Program-made: the position numbers and the translations under genes
NCBI GenBank assembly: GCA_963514005.1
Contig: OY740799.1
Location: 18,042,001 to 18,106,000 of the forward strand
DNA: 64,000 nucleotides
DNA from: Raja brachyura
Lineage: Eukaryota
Reading direction: 5' to 3'
Notes under the pieces: generated by a model
Databases searched by the model: none
What the model was told of the DNA's origin: nothing
What the model saw: only the letters and a program-made list of their open reading frames with translations
In this document: positions 46,214 to 61,200 of the stretch, piece after piece
Numbering within the stretch: the first letter of the stretch is position 1
Layout: the number at the start of each line of letters is the position of its first letter

Positions 46214-49200
46214 CTGTTGAGTTAAAACACAAGATTTTAAAAATCACTTAAACTGAACACATGATGAATTTATAATATTGTCACAGTGTAATAAATTAAA
46301 AATGTTGTACAAATATCAGTGTGCCTATTTTAATGAATTACTGAAATCATCCATAACAAGTTAGTTTACCTTGTTTAATTTTGTAGGGCTTATATTATGC
46401 TTCTGAGAATTCACTGGAGAAGGACATTCCTTTTCAGAAATTTGCTCTGGAATTTCAGCTTCTGAAACTTCTGTGGAAATAAATTAAAGGATTAATATAG
46501 AGCAACAAGACAGTACAGAAGAAATACAAATAGCAAACATTAAAATTGCTACTCCAATTATTAAAACAGCCATTTCTTCTTTTGGTATCTTAAATATAAA
46601 TGGCACATTAAATAATGTTGTACAATAAATGAGTTTTGTTGCTCGTCGTCAACGTGCAGTAACTCTGTCCATGTATAGAACCACAATTCATTTCCCCCCC
46701 CCCCCAATTACAGGTAAAAAAAGTAACATTTGTTAAGCACAACGAATAACTCTTCCTGCACTTTAGCAAAAATGAAACTTAAATTTACTAACATTGTGCT
46801 TTTAGCTTGCTAGTTATTTATGATAACTTCTGTTTGCACAATCAACAGTTATCCAGCAAATATACTTCTCCAACTTTTATAATCCATGCATATTTGTGAG
46901 CCACAATTACTGGAATTTCTGGCCAGAGCTTTTAAAGGAATACTCTACATTCATAATATACCATCTCAGAATTTGTATTAATTCATTTTTCAAGATATTC
47001 ATTCTGATTTCTCCATAACCAGATCTAGACTTTTGCATTGTCTCCCATCAATGAGCTAGAAGAATTGAGGCATGGTATCTCAGTGCTAAGTCTCACAATT
47101 CAAACACTTGTCAGAAACATTTAATCTTTCACCCTTTCGGGTTCCACAATAAAGCCAAATGAAGATCTTAACTGGCTCAGGCTGAATAATGGAGATTGCA
47201 ATGTTAGACAGATATCCAAATGTTTTGATCAATTACCTTTAGAAGACGGGTAGAAGTTTCACAGTTCTCTTCTTGGAAGTAATACTTGTGTTCAGACACC
47301 TCTTCAAGAGGTAAGACAAAAACCGGGGAAAATGCATGATGTTTAACTTGTACATTGCTTGGTGAAATTAGCAGGCTTGAAGGGCAGATAATTTCTTTCC
47401 ATCCCACATCTTTTCTGTGTCTTTATAAGGCTTGTATAGAGCCTTAGTGTGGAGTATTCCTTTAAACATTTACCAGCAAAAATGCACAAACCACCAGACA
47501 ATATCTGTTTTACAATTTTCATACACCTAGCTGCCATATCGAAAATGGAGGTAGTAATATAAATTCCAGAATACAAAAAATTGCAAGTACGATGAACCCA
47601 CGCTTTATTTCATATTATACATTTTACTACATGCATTTTACCAAGTACAAAGATCTATAATTATAAATAGCCTTACATATCAACAATTTTAAACCCATTT
47701 ATTCACTGATATTTACATAAAATATCAATTAGTACAAGCAATATGGAAACAATCAAGGGAGTTCAGTTTGAAATGACATTAGAATATATGGTTAAAAATA
47801 ATCACATGTCACATAAATGGTGGAATGAATATGGAATGTCTTCACTACTGACCTAGATTAGATTCACTGGGATGGAAAGCTGGGATCTTCAGTTGGAGAC
47901 GTGGAATGGGTTTTGAACAATGGGATGAAGGTGGAGTTTGGAGATGAGACTGTGGCCAATGAGTTGATGTTGGGCTATGAGTGGGTGAAATCATTCCTAC
48001 AGATGGAAGTCCCAACAAAATAGCATTAGAACCCATAGGCTAAATTTAATTGAATAATTAGCAAAATCTCTAAATCTATTTTCTATAATTACCAAGATTA
48101 AACAATACCTTTTTTACATAGACATGAAATTAATTACCATAAAAGATGTCAACTTCTGGGCAACAAAAAATAATTTAAAAGTGCATCCTCTAATTTACAA
48201 AATAAATTATTTAACCGTGGTTGAACTTTATTGTGCAAGAAAAGTACAATATTGCATGATCAGTTCAAGTGATCAAAGATGAGTTTCAACCCCATCAATT
48301 CTCAACCACCTGAGGAAATAATTCAACTACAGAAATTGTATGGAATAACCCAAACTCCTGACTTCAATACTTTCCTGGTAATTACCTGATGCCAATCCAC
48401 ATCGTCTTTGATCCAGCGATGAACATCAAACCACATATCACTAAGGTTGCATATTTCAAATTCCATATTCGTCTCCAGTTTTTTAACCTTATCTCAGCTC
48501 GTCGGTTTGTGAAATCCTCACCTCTGCCTCTTACTTCCAGGCTTAATTACTCTTAACGCACATTTGACCAGCCTTCCTCACTGGAACATAATGTGCTTCA
48601 CCCCTTACCCTTGATGTCATCCAAATTTCAGAATCCTCACCTTCATTAATTTTGTCTCACTAACGTTCACTCCTGATTTACACTGGTTCCTGCATAAGCA
48701 ATAGGTTTATTGTACAACTGGGTTCATTTGCTTTCAAATCCTTTCATCACAGAAGCCAAACAACATTCTCTTATATACTCTTATATATCTATTGTGCTAC
48801 CTCAAGTAGAATTTCATTGTTCTGTTTTGGGACATCTGACAATAAAACACTCTTGACTCTCTTGAAACCCATCCAATGTGATCACGTTTCCTTAACTTTG
48901 TCATCTCTGCAGCCGTACATCCCTCTGAGATACGTTTCTCGAATTCTGGCCTCTTGATCATTCCCAAATTTAGATGGTACCCCCGTTCAAGAATTCCTTT
49001 CTTTAGATTTGACCACTTCTCTTTCCATATTTTACCCCCTTATTGCCTGGCCCTCTACCCATGCTTTTGACCAGCTATAATATCTCATCAGGTGTCAAAT
49101 TCTACTTGGTGATGTTCCTACCTTAGAACTATTGTTTTGTAATGGTATAATAAACTTGCTTTGCAATTGGACTTTGATAACTCAAATTCAGTCCGGTTAA

Positions 49201-52200
49201 TTCAAAGCTTTCTTAAAAAAAGACATACGTTTTCAATTTCCTCCTTCCCTCCAGCATGATCACGTCTTTGAGTCACAAAAGGTGCATAGTGAGTGTACCC
49301 TCACACAGTGAGTATACCTTAAATCTTTAAAGTTCTTTCTGTTATACCACTCCATCTTAAACTTGGTTACATTCAATCATTCACACCTCTTATGAGAACT
49401 TGTGTATTCTGTAGAGGTCTGAATTTCCTACTGCATGATGGTATTCATTAAACATTTAAATTCAATTTGAAAGCAACTAAAATAAATTCCACCAAAGGTC
49501 CAAAACCTATTAAACCAAGTGAGTAATTTCAGCCTGTTTGTTATCCACAACTTTGTCCTGGTTGATAAGTACGTTTACGATATACTTCCACCTATTATTT
49601 CTTAAGAATAGAAGAAATAGAAGTGGAGCAGGTCATTTGACCCCTTGTTCTTGCTCTGCATTGAAGACGATCATGGTTAATCTATGTCAGCACCACTTTA
49701 CTGCATGTTCCCCAGATCCCTTCATTTCCTTAATATCTAAAAATCTGTTTACTTGCCTTGAACACAATCAGCCTTCATAGTCTGACTATATGGAAAATTT
49801 CAATGTTTACCCACCCTCTCTGTGCTGACATTTCTTCTCATCCATGTCCTGAATAGCTGATTCTTTATTTTGAGACTGATTCCAGAATGGGGATTCAAGG
49901 GTCACAATCTGGTGTATTTTCATTACAACCACTAACACCAGTAAATATTTCCCAAGTTTTAGAAAGCAGAATAACACACAATATTCCAGGTGTTCTCTCA
50001 TATGGGTCCTAATAATCCCTGTAAGGTATTGTTCCTCTTGCAATCAATTCCTTAAAGGACAACATACCATTTGCCTTCCTGCTAGCTTTTTGTATCTGCA
50101 CATTAACTTTTGTGACGTGTACAAGGAGATGAAGAGCAGCTATTTTCAAACTCTCACCACTTTAAAAATACTTGCCCTCTCTATTTCACATATTTCCACA
50201 ATATATTCCATCTGCCATGTTCTTATCCATTCACTAATATCTCCCGAAGCCCCTCTGAAATTTCTATCCTGCAACCTAGCTGTGTATCATTAATCCTGTA
50301 CATTTAAGCATCTCATCCAATGCCTGCAGACCACCTCTGATCCACACTTTACATTGGTCACATTTGGAGTATTGTATGCAGTTCTGGTGACCCCATTACA
50401 GGAAGGATACGGAGCCTTTGGAGAGAGTGCAAAAGAGGTTCTCCAGAATGTTGCCTGGATTAGGGAGTTTTTGCTATAAGGAGTCGTTGAACAAGCATAT
50501 TCACTGGAGCATTGGAGGCTGAAGGGTGATGTGAAATGTATTTACAATTATGAGAAGCCTAGAGAGGTAAATTGTCATTGCTTTTTCACCAGGGTGAAAA
50601 TGTTATATACTAGCTTTAAGGAGAGTGGAAGAACATTTAAAGGAGATTCACGAGGCAAGTTGGTTGTTTACACAGAGTGCAGTAGGTGGCTGGAACACGC
50701 TACCATGGGAGTATTTTGGAAACTGACAGTGTGTCCATCAACTCCAAAACCATTTATTTCAAAACTTTGGATGCAGGTCATCTAGTCCTGGATATTTAAG
50801 AATTTTCAGTCAAAATATTACTCCTATGCTTTTTTTAAAGCTTTTGCTAATTTCCTGCAGCTCCTTCATTTTAGACCTATTGTTTGTCACCTTTACTGGG
50901 AAGTTTACCGTCTTCTTCCATGAAGAGACACAAAATATTGATTTATTTGCCAATTCCAATGTAATTTTACTTATCTCAGTCTGTACTGGACATACAATGA
51001 CTTTTCCTAGTGTTTTACGTATACTTTTTACATACAGCGCATTTGCAGTCTGTACTATTACTTGCTATATCACACTTGCTTTCACTCTTTTCTTACCTAG
51101 GCTTGGTCCACCAAATTCTGAAATGTTCCCATTTGACAGGAAACATACAATTTTTAAAACTTGCCTTATTACCATTCATTTTTTCTATTAGCTCCATAAC
51201 ACTTACCACATTCTTTTTCTTTTCTGTGATCACTCAAAAGCAGAGCTCTCTGGTAGCTTCTTTCTCTTACTTTCTCAACTGAGGTTGATGCAGTCCTGTA
51301 AGAAAAAAAAATATATATATATGTATATAGCAACAATCCATTTGTACCTTGCAACATTTCAAAAGCTTTAAAAAAATGATTTACTCAGCTGACTAAACTC
51401 CATTTTCTAAATGTAGTGAGAATTCAGAAATCGGAGGAGCAAAGGGACTTTGTTGGTGCAGGACTCCCAAAAAGTTAATTTGCAAGTTGAATCGGTAGTA
51501 AGGAAGGCAAATTGAATGCTATCATTTATATCAAGAGGATGCATCACCCATGGTCAATCATGACAGAGGAGGGCCTATTATAATTGCAAAAAGCAGCAAA
51601 ACTTGTACTCACAACATTTTCTAAATGGGTTGATATTTCCATTTGAAATTATTTGATTAATGATACTCAAATACTCATTCAAATATTCATCCATTTTTTT
51701 CTTGGATCATTTTTTGATTCTAAATTGAAAATGCTGTGTGCAGACCTTAACTTAAAATGTTTCATTGTCTATTAATGTGTACCACCACATCCCTTCACCC
51801 ACTGATGTGCAAAAATATATTGTATGAACATACCATCGGACATCTGCATCATCAATTTTCTTTTCTGTTGAAGGCGTTTGTTTTGTTGGAGACTTGTTGC
51901 CTGTTTCAATGGGACTGACAGACTCCACCATACCAGGCAAAGTTGGTGGATGACTAGGAATACTTTCCCACTGCTCGCCACAAACTTTTACACAGCTGCT
52001 ATTGTCATTGCTATTGGGTACACTATTACCACTACAACCACCACTATGTGGTGATGTTGCAACTGGAGAGAAGCTTTCTGATTTGGAACCACTTTGTCTT
52101 GCCTCCCTCTGTCTTTTGCGATACTCCAGTAGAGAAACCTAGAAAAAGAAAGCAACCTGTAAATAATAGCAACCACACCATTTACATTTCGGCCTTCATG

Positions 52201-55200
52201 TTTTCCCACATGTGAACTGCACTTTATTCCATGGATGTCACCCAAACCAGAGCATTTAAGCATCTTTAGTTTTTATTTCAACAACGTAAACCTATTTTAC
52301 AATGTTTCCTTATGATGCAGATGGTGGCCATATGACTCATCAAACTTATTCTGCTCTAGGAATAATTACATACATTTCCTTCATTTACTTCCCTGTAACA
52401 TATTCTTTCTCATATGGCCATTCATTTGAAAATTCTCACACCATCCATCTAATTTTACACATAATTTACAGTGCCCAGTTTGTCTTTTGGGATGCAGGAG
52501 AAAGCAGGACCACCTGGAGGAAACCACATTGTCAGATAAAGAATGTGCAAACTTGGTATGTACAAGTATCAGGATTCAACTCTGCTGTGAGACAACACAT
52601 CCGGCTTCTATGCGTGTAGTAAAAATTACGAAAGCTATTCTTTATTTACTTACTTTTTTCTTCTGTGGTGGATTTTGTGGTGTACAACCTCCCTCTGTCA
52701 TACTGTCCCCATTAATCCCTTTGCCAAAGTTGATCATCCCATCCTCGGAGCAGTAATAACCAGTTCCTTCTGGAAATGATAGCCTGGTGTCATCTTGAAG
52801 CATTTTTGATTCATTTGCCCTAAAGCCACCTCCTATCTCCAACTGATGCGAGGGTGTAAGATCCCGAAGATTGGAGTTCAATGCAGAGAAATTTAAACTT
52901 GGTTGTTCTGGGCTCTTCATCCATGAAGAGTACACAGAGCCCACTCCACTGTAAATAGGATCTGATTGGCTGTTTGTGTCAGTCCGATCATGGTGAATAG
53001 GGCAATCTACATCTTTGTGCAGTGCACGCTGCTCGCACAATTCAAAGCCCGCCTGGAGTTCCGAAACAGATTCAATGCCACTGTTACATTGGTTAATTTC
53101 TGTTCTGCTCCGTGGGCTAACGTCTCCAATAGTCTTTACATCATCAAGTCCTATTTCCGTTACGTTGGAGCTCGTTAAAGAATTCAGTGCTAAGAGGGAG
53201 GATACTTTGTCAGAAATCTGCAAATTAAAAAGTTAACAAGTTACTTTTAAAACTTTTCACTCTTTAAATTCAAAGCTATTTATAGAAAAAAATTTAGGAA
53301 AAGATTTATTTCAATAAATCAGTTGTATATTACTAAATAGGAAGAAGAATGGTTTAGCATTTCAAGATGCAATCTTGTAACACCTTGCCTAAAAGGACTT
53401 GATAGGCACAAGCAAATGATGGAAAATCTTTTAAAACTGGATGCCTGAAAACTGCTTTACATGTTTGAGACAATGGAGGAACAACATTCCATAAAAGGAT
53501 TGAGCAAGTTTGATCGGAAAAAAACCCAGGCATCATTGACGGTTGACAGTATTCAGACCCCGTCAGTTCCACTGGGCAAGAGCAAAGAAATAAAACGAAG
53601 GATGATAGTTTACGTAAGGCATAGTAACAGATTAAAGTAACAAATGTATTCATACCTTTGTGGCGTCTAATGGTACCCTAAAATGTAATGTTGAGTGATA
53701 GAACTTGTTTTCTTACAACACCAAAAACCCACGGTATTTATCATTGTTAATGCACTAAAATAAATTACACTAACTTACCTCGTGAGTACAAATTCTTCGC
53801 TTAACTTCTGGGGAACTTTCTGGTGACGAAATGTTCTTTAGATAAGGCAAAGGATAGAAGGGCAAATTAAAATACGAGCGAAAATACTTTAATACTGACT
53901 TGAAAAACTTAGCTGTTTTACCGAAAAAGTACTTTATATTTAGTAAAGTATTCTGCTTCACAAATCATATTCTATTTAATGCTAAAAGACAATGACATTC
54001 TAGATAAACCACCTATTTAATTTACATTAATTAATTTTAACCTTTTTGATGTGCCATTTCACTATAGCCAAATTATCATTGGGAGGAATCACAGGCTAAA
54101 ACACTTTTATTAATTTGATTTATAGAGTCATAGAGTTATACAGTGTAGAAACAGGGCCTTCAGCCCAACTTGCCCATGCCAACCAACGTGCCGCATCTAC
54201 ACTTGATGCACCTGCCTGCATTTGCCTATATCCTTCTAAACCTATCCTAAGTTTGAATTAATCCAAATGTTATTTTAAATGTTGTGATAGTAACTGCCTC
54301 CACTACCTCCTGTGGCAGCTTGTTCCATAAACCTACCACCTTTTGCGTAAAAGTTACCCCGCAGGTTCCTATTAAATCTTTTCCCCCCTCATCTTAAACC
54401 AATGTTCTCTGGTTCTTGATCCCCTTACTCTGGCTAAAAGACTGTGCATTTACCCGATCTATTCCTCTCATGATCTTATACAACTTCATAAGATCACCTC
54501 TCATCCTCCTGCGCTCCAAGGAATAATGTCCTAGCCTGCTCAACCCTTCCTTATAGCTCAGGCCGTCGAGTTCTGGCAACATCCTCGTAAATCTTCTCTG
54601 CACCCTTTCAAGCTTAACAATATCTTTCCTATAACAGGGTGACATAAACTGAACACAATACTCCAAATTGGCCTAACCAATATCCTGTACAACTGTAACA
54701 TAACTTCCCAACTTCTCTACTCGATACTCCGACTAATGAAAGCCAATGTGCCGAAAGCCTTCTTGACCACATTATCTACCTGTGACGCCACTTCTGAAGG
54801 AATTATGTACCTTCACTCCTAGATCCCTCTGCTCTACAACACTCCACAGAGCCCTGCCATTCACTGTGTAAGTTCTGCTTTGGTTAGACTTCCAAAAATG
54901 CAACGCCTCACTTATCTGTACTAACGCCACTAATTCCTTAGCCCACCTGCCTAATCAATCAAGATCTTGCTGCAATTTCTGACAACAATCTTTACTATCT
55001 ACAATTCCACCAATTTTAATGCCATCTGAATCCAAATCATTCACATAGATGACAAACAGCAATGGATCCAGCACCAAACCCTGAGGCACACTTGTCACAG
55101 GCCTCCAGTCCAAAAAAACAACCTTCCATCATCACCCTCAGTTTCCTTCCATGAAGCCAATTTTCTATCCAGTTGGCAGGTTCTCCTTGGATTCCATACG

Positions 55201-58200
55201 ATTCATCCTTCCAGTGCAGCCTACCATTACGAACCTTGTCCAATGCTTGAGAATTCTGTCTTTGTACTTGCTTAAAACAAATTACATCTCTAACTTTTCC
55301 AAATTTGGAAGTAATCAACCTTAAATGTTGACATTTTCTCTCTTCATAGATGCTACCGGACTTGCTGTTATTTCCAGCCTTTTCTGGTTTTAATTCAAGA
55401 TTTTTAGCATCCACAGTATTTAGCAATGAGCACAGGTTGTTATCGCTTTCATCTGTAGAAAGTTGTTTATTTCAATGATTAAGATATAATGGGTTCTCCA
55501 GTCATTGTTGTGGCATTACATTATCATTGCTTATGAGAAATCTTTTTTTAAAAGATACAAGCACAGATAAACAAACAACTGACTTTCTTTCATCTGTAAT
55601 GTGCGAATGCTTAATTACAGAAGATGCAGGTTGCACAAGGTCTAATATTATCAAGCCAAACCAACTGAGCCAATTCATTTTTTTTAGTGCCTGAATATCC
55701 CATATTTAACAAAACATGAAACTTACTTCAAACTGCAAGTTATTTCCATGAAGGTGGGGTGTTACAGGTGTCACTGGTGAATAAACAGGTTTCAGGCCAT
55801 TTCTACAAGATTCATCTTCTATTTTTCCCTTAGTTGGAGTACTACACAAAGAAGGATCTGAGGCAGTGATATCAATAAATGGGGGAGTTGTCTGTGGAGA
55901 AGGGACTGGAGTGAAGAGCTCGGGTAGACCAGAGTCTGTTAGATGCCGCAATCGTCTTTTCTTTAGCGGGGTAATCAATTCTGCAAGGTAACGACAGAGA
56001 ATGAGAGCAACAATGCATCCATCTGAGGGTAAACTCTGTGATTGATGTAAAAAGTTTTTATTAAATACACAAAAAGACCAAACTTGCACCTTCCGAAGAG
56101 TCCACCATGGATTATACTGGAGAATTATTTTTTAACATTTATCAAGCCAATTAATCAAACCTGTACGTCTTTGGAATGTGGGAGGAAACCGAAGATCTCG
56201 GAGAAAACCCACGCAGGTCACGGGGAGAACGTACAAACTCCGTACAGACAGCACCCGTAGTCGAAACGAACCCGGGTCTCCGGAGCTGCATTTTGCTGCA
56301 AGGCAGCAACTCTACCGTTGCGCCATCGTAACTATACAAAGATGAGTGGCAAGATTGGACAGAATTTAAAACAGCTAAAAATGACTAAATGATTAGCAGA
56401 GAATGAAAAGAGCTAGCCAGGAGTATACAAATATTTAGTAAGAGTTTCCGTTGGTCCACTAGAAAGCGAGTCCAGAGAATTATGAATAAAAGGCAGCAGA
56501 TGAACTAAACCAGCAACAACCTTCAAGTAACATCCCAGAAAAGCTGTAAATCGGAAACTCAAAATTGTTTACAATAATCAGAGAATCTGAAGGATTTCCA
56601 ATGTTCCTGGTGTGCACGAAATATGTCCAGCTGCAGCTACAAACACACTGCATTGCACAGCTGGAGGTGGGAATTGGTGAACAATGAAGTATCCACAATG
56701 CTGAGAATGTGTGGATAGTCTGTTTAGCAAGTGAATCACATAATAAGCAGGTGCTGCACAGGTGCAAAAGCGGTGGGTGACCACCAGTGGGAATTCCCTT
56801 CCCATACAGATACACAGTTTTCAAAACTGTTCAATGAGGGGTGGGAAAGTGGATGGCCTCTCAGGGGAGAGCAGCAACAACAGTTATCTTTTTGGCTCTT
56901 CTGCTGCATAGTGGGGGAGCGAAAAGACTAGGATAACTATAATGAAGGGAGATATGGTGGTAACAGATGTGTCTGTGGCCATGAGTGAAACTCTCAAATG
57001 GCATAGGTGCCAGGGTCTGGCATAGCTGAAAGGCATTCTGAAATGGGAGAGTAAAGAGCCCCTATTCATGATACATGTCAAAATAAATGACATGGGTAGA
57101 AAAGGGAATGATATCCTGCAACATGAATTTAAGGAGTAAGGCTGCAGATTAAGAGCAGGACTTCCAAGATTGTTACTGCTGGATTACCTCTACTCGGTCA
57201 TGCATTTGTCACCCCTTCCAAGCCTATCCAGTTCAATATTACTATGGCTGATCAATGTGTGCCAATTTCCATAACCCTTAATATTCCAAATATTTATCAA
57301 CCTCTACCACTCTCAAGGGCAGGGAATTCCAGAGATGAAGCACCCTCAAAGAAGAAATGTATTTGCACCTCAGCTTTAAATAACTGGTCCCTTTTCCATA
57401 ACTAGATCTTTGTCCCATTTACCCTTTTGATTCCTGTCAATTTAGTGCACGACCTTGCACATTGAACTCTATTTGCCAGATTAGAGATTAAAACTAAAAA
57501 AGTGGGCAACCACATTCCTGGGATTATACTACAGGCCTCTCAACAATCAGCAGGAAATAGGAGACAAATCATAGACAAGCAAGTAGGGAGCTAGTAGGGC
57601 TTTTAACTTCACCATTAACTGGGATCACCGACATGTGAAAGGTTGGGATAGGGTGGAGTTTTAGTGCATCCAGAAATCTTTTGGTGTCAGTACATATATA
57701 CTTTTAAATCAGGATTAGGCAATGGGCAAAAAGGAAAGCCAAATCAATGAGGTATCATGGATGTACACACCGGTTTGAATAACCATAATTTGGCACGTTT
57801 CCAAAAGAGTTATAAAATGGGATAAAAATAGTCGGGTAATATCAGCAATTCGAAAGTAATTGTTTATTTCTAAGGAAATTAAATATTGAAGTAGGAGGAA
57901 TGCATTTCATTTTTGTAGGGCATTGATGAGACCACATCTGGGGTATTGATTACTGTATTGGTTTCCTTATTCATGTGTTAAAGGCTGTTGAGTGAAGGAT
58001 GGATTGTCTTATGAGGAAAAGTTGAACATGCTAGATGTTCTGGAGTATGAAAGAGTGAAAGGCAACTTCACTAAAATATATAAAATCCTGAAGAATTCTA
58101 AATGGGAGGATGTGGGAGAATATAAAACCAAGGGTCATTATTTAACAAAATATGGGATCGCTTATTTAATAAATACAATGACTGCAAATCTTTGGTAGCA

Positions 58201-61200
58201 GTCTTCTTAATTTTACATTATTGATCCTAAAGAACCAAACAGCTTTTGGTGAAGTTCAGATATTTGTGGAGCCTGAGCAAGTGAGGAATCATATCCATTA
58301 CAATATTAGATTTATTTGGATCGGGTTAGTATGTTATGAAATTGCTTTGTAAAATGTGACATTAAGTTACAATACCTGTCAAACAGCAATTTCCACTGAG
58401 TGCAACTGTGCCTGGACTGTGAGTTTCACCACTCATTGCTGGACTCAGAGAGCCATCATACGAAGTTGAATCAAAGGCATCAGCAACCGTTGAAGTCTCA
58501 TCCTCCAAGGCTTGTTTTAACCAACGCTTTACAAATAAATATACCAATTAGACTCTATTCGTACAAACGCCAAAATTAAAATTCTTATTTTTCAGGAATT
58601 TTATTACTCTCGAGTATCCCTTAAATTTATGAAAAAAAGGTTGCCTTCATAACTAATACTCAAGAGTCTTAATCATTTAGATTGCAAATTCACTCACTAT
58701 TAATACTCAATATATGAGCAATTATTAACACCTTCTGTTAAACATAGTGAATTCTGATCTATGTTGTAAGTGAGCCGTTATTATCACATGAACTCAAAAA
58801 TAAATCTACACTATCAAAAATTAAAGTAAAATCTTTACCTTTTTGCAAGATCCAACCTTTGGTTCCAAAGTTTCTTTCCGACGTCTTCTCTCTGACAAGA
58901 ATGGCGAGCAAAATCGAATATAGTGCTTAGGGGTTGTATATATATGAGGGCTGTGTGCAAGGCCAGGTAATGAATTCAATTGTGTAGCAAGAACTTCAGG
59001 ATCAGTTGTTATTCGCAGAGGTCTCTCTAAAGGGCTGTCAATTAGTTTACCAGCCTTCTCATTCAACCATTCAGTGACCAAGTGCTGAAAATAAAATGTA
59101 AAACTATGAACAATGTCATAAAACAAATTCTAATTAATTATGGGTTTTTAAAAATATTTACTTTCTAATTTTTCACAGGGGTGAATATTTGTTTTTAAAG
59201 CAGGAAGAAACTTTATCTATTAGTAAATTAATGTACGTAAATCTGGTTGGGGGGGGGGGGGGAGCTTGGTGGGACAAAATATAGTGGAAAAACTTAGCTA
59301 ATAATTTTTTTTTTTAAAATGACTGAGAATAGCGATGATAAAGGAAGCAATCATTTACCCATTAGACCCATGCCAGTTCCCATAAGTCCCACGCCCAGTT
59401 TCATTTTCCCAGTACCCCTGAAACTTATTCCCACACACATGCCCATCAAAACTCCAACACCATTGCTAGAGACGTTAGATATATTGATAATGTATCCTCA
59501 GACAATATTAAAATAAACTAGACGAATGTGGACAATTTAGATAGATACAAACCTTTTTTGTTTTGGGATATTTAATTGTTGTTTTGTTGATGGATGGTGA
59601 TGTTGTTCCAGTTGATTCTTCCGTTGGTATTGTAGTTGTTTCCACTGCTGCTACTGCTACTGCTGCTGCTGCTGCTGCTGCTGGTGGTGGTTCTATTTCA
59701 ATTGCTTCTTCATCCATGTTGGCATCACATGACTTAGGTACAGTCTCAGCAAAAGAATTTTCAATTTCATTTTGTTGGACATCAACCTCTGGAGAAGATG
59801 GAAGAATGTCAGAGCAGGAACTAACAGTTCTGTGTCTCCGGCGTTGCTGTCCTATATGGGTCCTACTGCGAGAGAAGCTTTTCCTCTGTTTTGCTCGGTT
59901 TATCTTGCAGGGATTTGGCTTAGTTAAGACTTCTTCCTTCACTGATTCCTTAAGGAACAGATAAACATGATATAGAATTAAAAATTTTTGCACCCATCCA
60001 TGGGTGAATTAAAAATCAATATTTCTAACGTATTTGAAAATATTTTTGGCTTAGGTTTTATAACATTTACAAGAGATAACGAGATTTTAAAAAAGTGGGT
60101 TGATGGTGATGATATCGCTTTAAAAAAAAAATTGGATTCTTGCACTTTTCAGCACAGGATTGTTTTCAATCACAGAGCATAAAGTGCTGGAGTAACTCTG
60201 CAGATCAGGAAACATTGCTGGAGGACATGGATGGGTGATGTTTTGGGTCAGGATTTTGAAGAGTCCTAATCCAAAATGTCGCTAATTGATGTCTTCAAGA
60301 GGTACTGCATGACCCACTGAGTTACTCCAACACAGTGTTTTACGGAAGATTCCAGCAACTGCAGTTTGTTGTGTCTCTCTCTCATTTTCAATCATAACTC
60401 ACATCTGAGTTAATGGCTGAAAAAACAATTAATAATTAAAAATCAAGGATTGAAAATGAATCCCAGGAGCAAGCGAAACAAGCTAATTTAGGTGGGCAAA
60501 ATAATTACTTCAGGTACAAAAATAAAATGGGCAACAGATTTTATCAGTAAAAAGAAACATCAAAAGGAAAGAAAACAAAAACAGGCTGATAATTAAGAAG
60601 ATATTAGTAATGTGAACAAGAGTTCATGGGTGTCATCATTAGCCTCCACAATCATAAATCATGATAAGAAATCTGGGACGAATATGATAAATTCAAAAGA
60701 GACATCAATTAGCTTTTGCATATTTCTTTCAAACCTGCAGCAATAAAAATGCAAGATTACGACTGAATAATTTAAAATGAAGCCCATTCCACGTTTGATT
60801 GGCACTAAATAAACAATTAATATATTATTATGACACTATTAATGTCCATGTATAACTGATTATGGCATTTAATCCAGTAACAGTAAAATAAATATTAAGA
60901 GCAAAGGCTATTTGTATGATTCAAATAGCATTAACAATCAGCAACACATTGAGATTTCAAACATACAACCTACCTTCCATCTCCTGAATTTACTTCACTT
61001 TGTTTTTCTTTGCCTTGGAGAAATATTATTTGACCATACCATTTATTCGAGTCATTTTGATCAAGCTCCAGCAAGTACTCAGCAATCAATGCATTTGAAA
61101 ACAGTATTTTCAGTGGACAATCAAAGACTGTATTGAAATTTGACATGAATAGAATCTTAAGTTGCTTCTTGTAGTTACCAAGGATATGGCATCCTGATAC

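Noticed and set aside
59949-59957. TTCCTTAAG on the - strand at a KMT2E acceptor resembles a U12 branch point
   Set aside because: It overlaps the AG itself and the upstream donor is GTATATTAT, not GTATCCTT, so the intron is U2 type
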